64,000 bases of DNA. Origin: Proteiniphilum sp. Lineage in GTDB: Bacteria; Bacteroidota; Bacteroidia; Bacteroidales; Dysgonomonadaceae. The translations under genes and the position numbers were made by a program. Of this stretch, positions 1 to 8,364 are shown one piece after another. Under the pieces are notes generated by a model, which made no database searches, was not told the origin of the DNA, and saw only the letters and a list, made by a program, of their open reading frames with translations. Positions within the stretch are counted from its first letter, which is position 1; every line of letters begins with the position of its first letter. The stretch covers positions 11,729 through 75,728 of the forward strand of contig JADMKJ010000134.1 of NCBI GenBank assembly GCA_015478855.1, written 5' to 3'.

Positions 1-1134
1 CAGTCCCGATACCGATACACCCCCTGCATTTGCTGCTTTACCGGGAGCATAGAGAATCTTGTTTTCCAGGAACAGATTTACTGCATCAGGTGTACTGGGC
101 ATATTGGCTCCTTCCGAAACGGCAAAAACACCGTTCTTTACCAGTGCCGCTGCATCAGTCTGATCAATCTCATTCTGTGTGGCCGAAGGGAGGGCGATAT
201 CCCCTTTCTCTCCCCAGGGACGTGCACCGGGGACATATTTACATCCAAACTCCTCTGCATATTCACGAATACGTCCCCTGTAGAGATTCTTCAACTCCAT
301 CACGAACTGCAGCTTCTCTGCAGTGATTCCATCAGGATCGTAGATATATCCGTCGGAGTCGGATAATGTGACCGGTATGGCACCCAACTCAAGTAGCTTC
401 TCACAGGTATATTGTGCTACGTTCCCTGAACCGGAAACGAGGCATTTCTTGCCTTTTATATCGATATTCCTGGTTTGCAACATCTCCAGCAGGAAGTAAA
501 CATTACCGTAGCCGGTAGCCTCAGGACGGACAAGCGACCCGCCAAATTCACGGCCTTTACCGGTGAAGGTGCCAGTGAACTCACCTGCCAGCTTCTTATA
601 TTTGCCAAACATGTAACCCACCTCACGACCACCCACACCGATATCTCCGGCAGGTACATCGGTATCGGGACCGATCACACGCCATACTCCCTCAACGAAA
701 GCCTGACAGAAGCGCATGATTTCACCATCGGATTTACCGCGTGGTGAAAAATCGGACCCTCCTTTCGCTCCACCCATGGGAAGCGTAGTGAGTGCATTTT
801 TAAAGGTCTGCTCAAAAGCAAGAAACTTAAGAATTGAGGGTGAAACAGAAGCGTGAAAACGTATCCCCCCCTTGTAGGGGCCGATGGCATTGTTATGCTG
901 CACACGGTATCCCATATTTGTCTGCACATTGCCTTTGTCGTCCACCCATGTTACGCGAAAGGAGTGTATCTTGTCGGGGATGATTAACCGCTCTATCAGA
1001 TTTACCTTTGTAAACTCCGGATGCTCGTTGTAGACATCCTCAATAGACTCTACCACTTCTTCAACAGCCTGATGGTATTCCGGTTCGTTAGGAAAACGCC
1101 TTCTCAATAGATCGATAACCTCTGTAGATTTCAT
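1..1134 (-). CDS. gdhA: NAD(P)-specific glutamate dehydrogenase, 3' end cut by the window edge
   Basis: Absent from the ORF track because it runs off the window. Hand translation of the minus strand from the ATG at 1134 gives MKSTEVIDLLRRRFPNEPEYHQAV...GPYKGGIRFH...LPMGGAKGGSDF...VSGSGNVAQY, which are Glu/Leu/Phe/Val dehydrogenase signatures. The frame stays open to base 1. Confidence 0.9.
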   Translation of the reverse strand, partial: MKSTEVIDLLRRRFPNEPEYHQAVEEVVESIEDVYNEHPEFTKVNLIERLIIPDKIHSFRVTWVDDKGNVQTNMGYRVQHNNAIGPYKGGIRFHASVSPSILKFLAFEQTFKNALTTLPMGGAKGGSDFSPRGKSDGEIMRFCQAFVEGVWRVIGPDTDVPAGDIGVGGREVGYMFGKYKKLAGEFTGTFTGKGREFGGSLVRPEATGYGNVYFLLEMLQTRNIDIKGKKCLVSGSGNVAQYTCEKLLELGAIPVTLSDSDGYIYDPDGITAEKLQFVMELKNLYRGRIREYAEEFGCKYVPGARPWGEKGDIALPSATQNEIDQTDAAALVKNGVFAVSEGANMPSTPDAVNLFLENKILYAPGKAANAGGVSVSGL

Positions 1135-1255
1135 ACAATTATTCTCTTTAAATCAGATAACTTCAAACAATAATCACTTTGAAGCACAAAATTAGAAATA
1201 ATTTTCTAATTCAAGAAATTTTCAAATGTTTTTATTGTTTTTGATACTAAATATG

Positions 1256-1426
1256 CTATTTTTTTAGATATTTGTAAATTGGAATAAAAACAATGGCGCC
1301 AGACATCAGGATGGAGATCACAGTGAAAATGTTCAACTCTGCATACAGGAGGATGTATACAACTAATGCAATCCAAAGGAGTATGATAAAAGCAATCTGT
1401 GTTTGGGAGAGTTTTCTTCGTGCCAT
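1256..1426 (-). CDS. Small hypothetical membrane protein (about 56 aa, 2 predicted TM helices)
   Basis: ORF 1256..1453. The internal start MARRKLSQTQIAFIILLWIALVVYILLY... gives a basic N-terminus followed by two hydrophobic stretches. No family recognised. Confidence 0.35.
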   Translation of the reverse strand: MARRKLSQTQIAFIILLWIALVVYILLYAELNIFTVISILMSGAIVFIPIYKYLKK

Positions 1427-1680
1427 ATTGGTGTAAATATTTCTTATGCACAAAGTTAAAAAAAAGGCACAGATATCACATCTATACCTCCTTAAAAACC
1501 TAAGAGAGTTAATGAAAAATTGATAATACTATTTATGTACCAAATGAATTGTTCTCTGCAAAGTAAATCAATAGTGGTTACAGATCGATTTCATTTCGGT
1601 TAAGTTTTGGTTACAGATGAATGCGACAGAAAAATAATAATTAATTTTACCCGGAAATAAACAATTAAAATGAATTATCT

Positions 1681-3525
1681 ATGTGTGGAATAGTAGGATA
1701 TATTGGCAACAGACAGGCATACCCAATTCTGATAAAGGGCCTTCACAGACTTGAATACAGAGGTTATGACAGTGCCGGAATTGCACTCATCGACCACGAT
1801 CACCTGAAGGTATACAAGACAAAAGGAAAAGTATCGGAGTTAGAGCTTTTTGCCCAACAGAAGGATATCACCGGGACAATTGGGATTGCTCATACACGCT
1901 GGGCAACGCACGGTGAACCCACGCAGACCAACGCACATCCTCATTTTTCACAAACAGAAGAGATCGCCATCATTCATAACGGTATCATTGAAAACTATTC
2001 AGTATTGAAAGAGGGCTTGATAAAAGAGGGATATACATTTCAGAGTCAGACAGATACTGAGGTTCTGGTTCAACTTATTGAGTATATGAAAAAATCGAAC
2101 GGTACCGATCTTCCTACCGCCGTACAGCTGGCATTGAATGAGGTAGTGGGTGCCTACGCCATTGCTGTGTTGGAGAGAAATAATCCGGATATGATTGTGG
2201 CCGCCAGAAAAGGTAGCCCTCTGGTAATCGGCATTGGTGAGGATGAGTATTTTATCGGATCGGACGCTACCCCCATTATTGAATTTACGGATCAGGTAAC
2301 ATACATTGGTGATGAGGAGATTGTAACCATACAACGAAACAAACCACTCAGGATTAGGACGATCGGGAACATCGACAAAACACCTGAGATTCAGAAGCTT
2401 GAGATGACGCTCAATCAGCTTGAAAAGGGAGGTTATCCCCATTTTATGCTCAAGGAGATTTTCGAGCAACCTCAGACATTGAGCGACTGTATGCGCGGCA
2501 GAGTGAATGTCGATTCCGACAATATCACCCTGGCCGGTTTCATCGATAACAAAGAGAAGTTTCTGAAAGCCAAAAGAATCATCATCACAGCATGTGGAAC
2601 TTCATGGCATGCCGCTCAGATAGGTATGTATGCCATCGAAGAGTACGCCCGTATTCCGGTTGAGGTAGAGTATTCATCGGAATTCCGTTACAGGAAGCCG
2701 GTGATTAACAAGGACGATATCGTGATTGCCATCTCTCAATCGGGTGAAACGGCAGATACACTGGCGGCAATAGAGTTGGCTAAACAGCAGGAAGCATTTA
2801 TATTTGGTATCTGTAATGTGGTCGGCTCCTCCATCCCCAGGAAAACACATTCAGGATGTTACACCCATGTAGGACCTGAGATTGGTGTTGCGTCCACCAA
2901 AGCTTTTACAGCGCAGGTGACCGTTCTCACCATGCTGGCTATCCTGATCGGAAAAGAGAAAGGTACGATCTCTCATGATGAATACCTGAGACTGATAAGG
3001 GAGTTGAGCCTCATACCCGATAAAGTGAGTGAGATCTTACAAAAGAGTGATCAGATGATTGCCGAACTGTCAAAAAGCTTTACTTATGCAAGCAACTGTA
3101 TTTACCTGGGCAGGGGATACAATTTCCCTGTAGCACTGGAGGGCGCTTTAAAATTAAAGGAGATCTCTTACATCCATGCCGAGGGTTATCCAGCCGCTGA
3201 GATGAAACATGGAGCGATAGCGCTTATAAGCAATGAGATGCCGGTTGTTGTGATTGCCACGCAATCGGATACCTACGAAAAAGTAACCAGCAACATCCAG
3301 GAAATAAAAGCCCGCAAAGGCAGAATCATCTCGGTAGTGACTGAAGGAGATACCCAGGTGAGAGATCTCTCTACGTTCTGTATCGAAGTACCCAAAACAG
3401 AACCCTGCTTAACCCCATTGCTATCGGTTATTCCACTACAATTGCTGGCATACCATATCGCCGTGGTGAAAGGATGTGACGTGGATCAACCACGCAACCT
3501 GGCAAAATCGGTTACGGTTGAATAG
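1681..3525 (+). CDS. glmS: Glutamine--fructose-6-phosphate aminotransferase (isomerising)
   Basis: N-terminal MCGIVGY Ntn-amidotransferase nucleophile, two SIS domains and the C-terminal ...AKSVTVE typical of GlmS. 614 aa. Confidence 0.97.
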   Translation: MCGIVGYIGNRQAYPILIKGLHRLEYRGYDSAGIALIDHDHLKVYKTKGKVSELELFAQQKDITGTIGIAHTRWATHGEPTQTNAHPHFSQTEEIAIIHNGIIENYSVLKEGLIKEGYTFQSQTDTEVLVQLIEYMKKSNGTDLPTAVQLALNEVVGAYAIAVLERNNPDMIVAARKGSPLVIGIGEDEYFIGSDATPIIEFTDQVTYIGDEEIVTIQRNKPLRIRTIGNIDKTPEIQKLEMTLNQLEKGGYPHFMLKEIFEQPQTLSDCMRGRVNVDSDNITLAGFIDNKEKFLKAKRIIITACGTSWHAAQIGMYAIEEYARIPVEVEYSSEFRYRKPVINKDDIVIAISQSGETADTLAAIELAKQQEAFIFGICNVVGSSIPRKTHSGCYTHVGPEIGVASTKAFTAQVTVLTMLAILIGKEKGTISHDEYLRLIRELSLIPDKVSEILQKSDQMIAELSKSFTYASNCIYLGRGYNFPVALEGALKLKEISYIHAEGYPAAEMKHGAIALISNEMPVVVIATQSDTYEKVTSNIQEIKARKGRIISVVTEGDTQVRDLSTFCIEVPKTEPCLTPLLSVIPLQLLAYHIAVVKGCDVDQPRNLAKSVTVE

Positions 3526-3764
3526 ACCAGCTGCAATCTTTCAAGTGCATTTCCTGTTCCATCTGTTCAGACTGCATTACTTCTCCCGCGGAAGTTTCTC
3601 CGTGTGAATCAACACCCCTATTCAGGGGTAAAATAATTGCATGGAAGAGAGAAGTAATTGTTGTTGTTTAGCATGAAGAATATTCAATTTATGATTATCT
3701 TTGGGAGGTTATTATTCAAAACTTTTTCATGGTATTTCAACATCCGAAACAATAATTCATCCCA

Positions 3765-6044
3765 ATGGATTCAATTTATTTAATCATTGTCATCATTCTG
3801 TTATGCCTGGCGACACTGGACCTTATTGTGGGTGTATCCAACGATGCGGTCAACTTCCTCAACTCAAGTATCGGCTCCAGGGTAGCCCCATTATGGGTAA
3901 TCTTCACCGTAGCTTCTATAGGTGTCCTGGTGGGTGTCCTGTTCTCAAGCGGTATGATGGAGGTAGCCCGCAGCGGTGTCTTCTATCCTGAGAAATTCAC
4001 CTTCCCGGCAATTATGACCCTTTTCCTGGCGGTGATGCTTACCGATGTGATCCTGCTGGACCTGTTCAACACCTTCGGACTGCCCACCTCTACGACCGTC
4101 TCGCTGGTGTTCGAACTGCTGGGAGCCGCGGTGGCGGTGGCGCTCTTCACATTATGGACCACGGAGACCGGCGAACAGCTGGGTGATTTCATCAATAGCG
4201 GTAAAGCACTGGCGATTATCTCGGGGATCTTTATCTCCATTGCAATTGCATTCATCGTGGGCAGCATCATCATGTATATCTCGCGATTGATCTTCTCCTT
4301 CAATTACGGGAAGACATTCAGGTTACTGGGGGCGATCTGGAGCGGCCTGGCCCTGACGGCGATCACCTATTTTGCTATTTTCAAGGGGTTGAAAGGAAGT
4401 GTACTGGTCACGGCGGAGACACTTGCTTATCTTGAAAACAACATGGCTACAGCCCTTCTGTACACTTTTGTGGGCTGGACAGTGCTGATGGCCCTGCTCC
4501 AACACATTTTCAGGGTGAAGATATTGAAAATCATCGTACTTGCAGGAACGGCCGCCCTGGCGATGGCATTTGCCGGTAACGACCTGGTCAATTTCATCGG
4601 TGTCTTTATGGCTGGTTTTGACTCTTTTAAGATTGCCAGTGAGGTGGCAGCATCAGGGGGTGATGTCAACACCCTTTACATGGGTGACCTTGCTCAACCG
4701 GTAGTCGCCAACATAGGGTGGTTGATGGGTGCAGGTATTATCATGGTACTGGCACTCTGGTTCTCCAAGAAATCGAGATCCGTAACTGATACAGAGGTGA
4801 ACCTGGCACGCAAGGGTGAAGGGATTGAACGGTTCTCCTCCTCGCCATTATCGCGCTCAATCGTCAGAAGCAGCCTTAATTTCAGCAAGACAATCGATCA
4901 GATAACACCGGCACCGGTCAAAAGATTCTTAGAAAATCGTTTTGAACCCATCGCACTGGAAAACAACGCCTCGTTCGACCTGATCCGGGCTTCTGTCAAC
5001 CTCACCATTGCTGCCCTGCTGATCTCACTCGGCACATCCCTGAAGCTGCCACTCTCCACCACCTATGTCACCTTTATGGTGGCCATGGGATCATCGCTGG
5101 CTGACCGTGCCTGGGGGCGCGAGAGCGCTGTCTACAGGATCAACGGGGTGCTTACGGTAGTGGCCGGATGGCTGCTGACCGCCCTGATCGCCTTCTCCGC
5201 ATCCCTGCTCATAGGCCTGTTCCTTGCCTGGGGAGGTAAGATTGCCATCGCTGTCATGGTGTTGCTTGTTGGCTTTCTCCTCTATAAATCGAGCAAACTT
5301 CACACGCAAAGAAAGAGCAAGGAGGAGCAGCTGCAGAAAGTTCCTTCCAGTGAAATACAGCTGGTCACCTCATGCAATGAGGATGTACGTCTTGTACTTG
5401 AAAAAACCCTGAGTATCTATAAAAGTGTGCTCGACGGCCTGAGGGATGAGGATCGCAAGAGGGTGAAGAAAGCGATGAATGAGGCATATGACCTGTATGA
5501 AAAGTTCGGTGATAAACGTACCTACGAGGTGGTTCCCACCATTGAAAAGATGCAGATGAATGCCCTGGATCTGGAACAGGAGTATGTGCAGCTGGTGGAC
5601 TACTCCTATGAGATCACCAAATCGCTGAAAGCAATCACGGAATCAACATTCCGCTATATCGACAACAACCACACCGCCTTCACCAAAGAACAACTTGATG
5701 ATCTGCAGATGATCTACAAGATCCTCTCAGAATCGTTCGACAGTTATCACCAGATGGACAGAGAGGGTGATTATGCTCAGTTCTCGAAGGTGACCGCCAT
5801 GCGTGATATCATCTTTGAGCTCTATTCAAAACTGAACAAACGGCAGATTAAACGCGTGAAAGCGAATGAGTCTACCACCCGCAGCAGCATTCTATTCCTG
5901 AACCTGGTGAATGAGTCAAAGATCATCACCCTGCAGTCGAGCAACCTGATGAAATCACACCGTAACTTTAAGGAGAATTATGCCGGTACGGGACCCGAAT
6001 TGAACGCCAAGGCACTGTTAAAGAAGATTACGCTGAATTTATAG
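3765..6044 (+). CDS. PiT (PHO4) family inorganic phosphate transporter with a long C-terminal soluble helical tail
   Basis: Two PHO4 repeats (GVSNDAVNFLNSSIGSR and AGNDLVNFIGVF), about 12 hydrophobic segments, then about 230 aa of charged helical sequence. 759 aa. Confidence 0.85.
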   Translation: MDSIYLIIVIILLCLATLDLIVGVSNDAVNFLNSSIGSRVAPLWVIFTVASIGVLVGVLFSSGMMEVARSGVFYPEKFTFPAIMTLFLAVMLTDVILLDLFNTFGLPTSTTVSLVFELLGAAVAVALFTLWTTETGEQLGDFINSGKALAIISGIFISIAIAFIVGSIIMYISRLIFSFNYGKTFRLLGAIWSGLALTAITYFAIFKGLKGSVLVTAETLAYLENNMATALLYTFVGWTVLMALLQHIFRVKILKIIVLAGTAALAMAFAGNDLVNFIGVFMAGFDSFKIASEVAASGGDVNTLYMGDLAQPVVANIGWLMGAGIIMVLALWFSKKSRSVTDTEVNLARKGEGIERFSSSPLSRSIVRSSLNFSKTIDQITPAPVKRFLENRFEPIALENNASFDLIRASVNLTIAALLISLGTSLKLPLSTTYVTFMVAMGSSLADRAWGRESAVYRINGVLTVVAGWLLTALIAFSASLLIGLFLAWGGKIAIAVMVLLVGFLLYKSSKLHTQRKSKEEQLQKVPSSEIQLVTSCNEDVRLVLEKTLSIYKSVLDGLRDEDRKRVKKAMNEAYDLYEKFGDKRTYEVVPTIEKMQMNALDLEQEYVQLVDYSYEITKSLKAITESTFRYIDNNHTAFTKEQLDDLQMIYKILSESFDSYHQMDREGDYAQFSKVTAMRDIIFELYSKLNKRQIKRVKANESTTRSSILFLNLVNESKIITLQSSNLMKSHRNFKENYAGTGPELNAKALLKKITLNL

Positions 6045-6179
6045 CACAGATGATTTCTCTGCAATGATAGTCATGGGTAATCAGCAACACTCGATTATAA
6101 CAGACAGTGTTGAACGATAGTTTCACTTATCTGTTACTGGATTAAATCGAATATCCAGATTCGTTTAAAGAGAAGGGAA

Positions 6180-6974
6180 ATGTTTAAAAGCCTGTTTCAT
6201 ATCTCTCAAATGGATTGCCCTTCTGAAGAGCAGTTAATCCGTATGCAACTCAGCCGGTTCGATGAGATACAATCGCTGGAGTTCGATATTCCGGGAAGGA
6301 AACTCACTGTCTGGCACAACGAAAGCCCTGAGCTTTTATCTTCCGCTCTGGAAGGGCTGAAGCTGCAAACAATCCTGCTATCAACGGAAACGGCGGTTGA
6401 TAAGGATGTGAAAGGAACAGATCACAGCCAGCGGAAAATACTCCTTACAGTACTGATCATCAACTTCCTTTTTTTTGTACTTGAGATGCTGTTCGGGGTT
6501 CTGTCCGGTTCTATGGGACTTGTAGCCGACAGTCTGGACATGCTTGCCGACAGTCTTGTCTATGGCCTGGCACTTTTTGCCGTAGGTGGTTCGATAGCGA
6601 GAAAAAACAATATCGCTAAAACAGCCGGTTACTTTCAGCTGCTGCTGGCACTTTTAGGTTTGATTGAGGTAATCCGCCGATTTATTGGTTTTGAAGAGAT
6701 GCCTGATTTTCAAACGATGATTATCATCTCACTTATGGCATTGATTGCAAACGCATATTGTCTCTATCTCCTGCAAAAAGAGAGAAGCAAAGAGGTGCAT
6801 ATGCAGGCCAGTATGATCTTCACATCCAACGATATCATCATCAACGCTGGTGTCATTCTTGCGGGAGTGCTGGTCCACCTGCTGCAATCGGGTTTTCCCG
6901 ATCTGATTATAGGTGCCATCGTGTTTTTGATCGTCGCCAGAGGAGCATTCAGAATACTTAAACTGGCGGGGTAA
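6180..6974 (+). CDS. Cation diffusion facilitator (CDF) metal efflux transporter with an N-terminal HMA-like domain
   Basis: Six TM segments with ADSLDMLADS in TM2 and TSNDIIIN in TM5. An N-terminal domain of about 70 aa carries the motif QMDCPSEEQLIR. Confidence 0.85.
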   Translation: MFKSLFHISQMDCPSEEQLIRMQLSRFDEIQSLEFDIPGRKLTVWHNESPELLSSALEGLKLQTILLSTETAVDKDVKGTDHSQRKILLTVLIINFLFFVLEMLFGVLSGSMGLVADSLDMLADSLVYGLALFAVGGSIARKNNIAKTAGYFQLLLALLGLIEVIRRFIGFEEMPDFQTMIIISLMALIANAYCLYLLQKERSKEVHMQASMIFTSNDIIINAGVILAGVLVHLLQSGFPDLIIGAIVFLIVARGAFRILKLAG

Positions 6975-7011
6975 AAGTACGGAGAATCATTGGGCCTTCA
7001 CTTCACTCAAC

Positions 7012-7038
7012 AAAAAAAGTTTGCCGGCCAGGGCAAAC
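7012..7038 (-). terminator. Intrinsic terminator downstream of the 7065..7439 gene
   Basis: On the minus strand: GTTTGCC-ctggcc-GGCAAAC hairpin followed by TTTTTTT. It lies between convergent genes. Confidence 0.6.
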
Positions 7039-7064
7039 TCTCTTATCATCTATGCGATCAATGT

Positions 7065-7439
7065 TTACTTCTGAAACAGACTGATATGAAGCCGCTCATT
7101 CTTCATCAGATCGACCTGCATCGAAACAGGTTCGTAAGAGATCAGCTCCACAAGCAGCCGGTAACTGCCGGGCTTTACATCCCTGATTGAGAAGTTACCA
7201 TCCAGATCGGAGTAATATTTTTTACCCTCTATCACAATGGTAGCACCTGCCAGTGCTTCTTTATTCTTTTCGTCCACCACTGAGCCTGTCAGCTGTATCA
7301 CGTTCACATTTTCAACAAGGGTGACTGATTTCGACTCATTTCCCCTTTTTTCGTTTTTATTATCAGTGCCTGCAGATGCTGACACTGAAAGCAATAAAGA
7401 GGCTGCAAGAACTAATACAGTTTTCATTCTTATTTCCAT
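7065..7439 (-). CDS. Secreted stand-alone CarboxypepD_reg-like (carboxypeptidase regulatory-like) domain protein
   Basis: Signal peptide MKTVLVLAASLLLSVSASA. GSVVDEKNKEALAGATIVIEGKKYYSDLDGNFSIRDVKPGSY resembles the N-terminal domain of Bacteroidota TonB-dependent receptors. The start may be the second Met (7427). Confidence 0.6.
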   Translation of the reverse strand: MEIRMKTVLVLAASLLLSVSASAGTDNKNEKRGNESKSVTLVENVNVIQLTGSVVDEKNKEALAGATIVIEGKKYYSDLDGNFSIRDVKPGSYRLLVELISYEPVSMQVDLMKNERLHISLFQK

Positions 7440-7540
7440 TTTTGTTGGTTTAACTTACACAAAGGTAGGTAGATATATAATCAAACCTGTTACTTTTTTA
7501 TGAAGTTAATGTTAAGTTTTTGATTCGCTCATCAGAGGTT

Positions 7541-8032
7541 TCAATACTGTTTTTCGTCCACCAGCTCTCCCTTCTCATCCCACATACGCCAGAGACCGGT
7601 TTTTTTCCCGTTGTTATAGCTCATCTCATAGCGCTGATTGCCCAGCTCATCCCAGATTCGCCATGTTCCATGCTTCTGTCCGTTCTTGTACTCTGCCTCC
7701 GAGATGAGCTGTCCTGAGATGTCATAACTTCTCCAGAGACCGTGCAGCTTCCCATCTTTGTAGGATCGTACCTCCTGGGGTTTGCGGTTCTCAAAATAGA
7801 CAATATAGGGCCCTTCCGGCATACCGTCACTTATCTGCATTTCGAGCTTCACCGTACCATTTTCGTAATACTCACGGTAGTCGCCGGTGTAATATTTTGT
7901 CTGCGCTTTATCAGCATAATAAAAGCCGCCACTGAAATAGATCGGCGGATTAGTCTGTTGATCCTGTTGCTCCTGCGCTGGAGTTAAAAAGAGCAGAGAG
8001 AGAAAAAATGAGAGGATTCCTAACTTCTTCAT
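7541..8032 (-). CDS. MORN-variant repeat (YwqK-like) secreted protein
   Basis: Signal peptide, then repeated Y.NG....E..Y.DGK.HG.W units (YENGTVKLEMQ, YKDGKLHGLWRSY, YKNGQKHGTWRIW, YNNGKKTGLWRMW). Confidence 0.7.
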   Translation of the reverse strand: MKKLGILSFFLSLLFLTPAQEQQDQQTNPPIYFSGGFYYADKAQTKYYTGDYREYYENGTVKLEMQISDGMPEGPYIVYFENRKPQEVRSYKDGKLHGLWRSYDISGQLISEAEYKNGQKHGTWRIWDELGNQRYEMSYNNGKKTGLWRMWDEKGELVDEKQY

Positions 8033-8307
8033 ACATTCTATTTATTGAACTTTCGCATGTTGCTATAGAAATGAATACGGCTAAAGATGAGACCTATAAA
8101 TATTTTGTGGAGACCCATTGACCTCGTGGAATGTAAAAAGAGCAGCAGTTTTAAGCCAAATGGGTAAAAGACAAGATTACTTGTATTATACCATGGCAGG
8201 CAAATATCTACGTGAGTGAACGAGGGCAAACATGGGTAGCAACACATTGTCAGTTAAGTTTTATCTGTAAGCGTATCATATAAAACTTGAATTATATATC
8301 GGATGTA

Positions 8308-8337
8308 TTATCCCGCAATGGAAACATAGCGGGATAA
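8308..8337 (-). terminator. Hairpin downstream of the duplicated lipoprotein gene (possible terminator, no U-tract)
   Basis: TTATCCCGC-12 nt loop-GCGGGATAA, a 9-bp perfect stem lying 28 bp after the stop at 8365. Confidence 0.4.
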
Positions 8338-8364
8338 GTTGCAACTATTCATTCAACAGGGCTT

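Noticed and set aside
1454-1680. glmS ribozyme or other riboswitch upstream of glmS
   Set aside because: The leader is short and extremely AT-rich, and I could not trace a paired core. The glmS ribozyme is essentially a Firmicute feature. Only a short direct repeat is reported.
3701-3991. 96-aa ORF overlapping the start of the PiT transporter gene
   Set aside because: It is in a different frame over the well-supported PHO4 N-terminal repeat, and its translation (Cys/Pro/Gly-rich) has no features.
8038-8247. 69-aa ORF in the 332-bp spacer between the MORN protein gene and the duplicated lipoprotein gene
   Set aside because: The Cys/Phe/Leu-rich translation has no plausible start context or domain. 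The region more likely holds the promoter of the MORN gene and the terminator of the lipoprotein gene.
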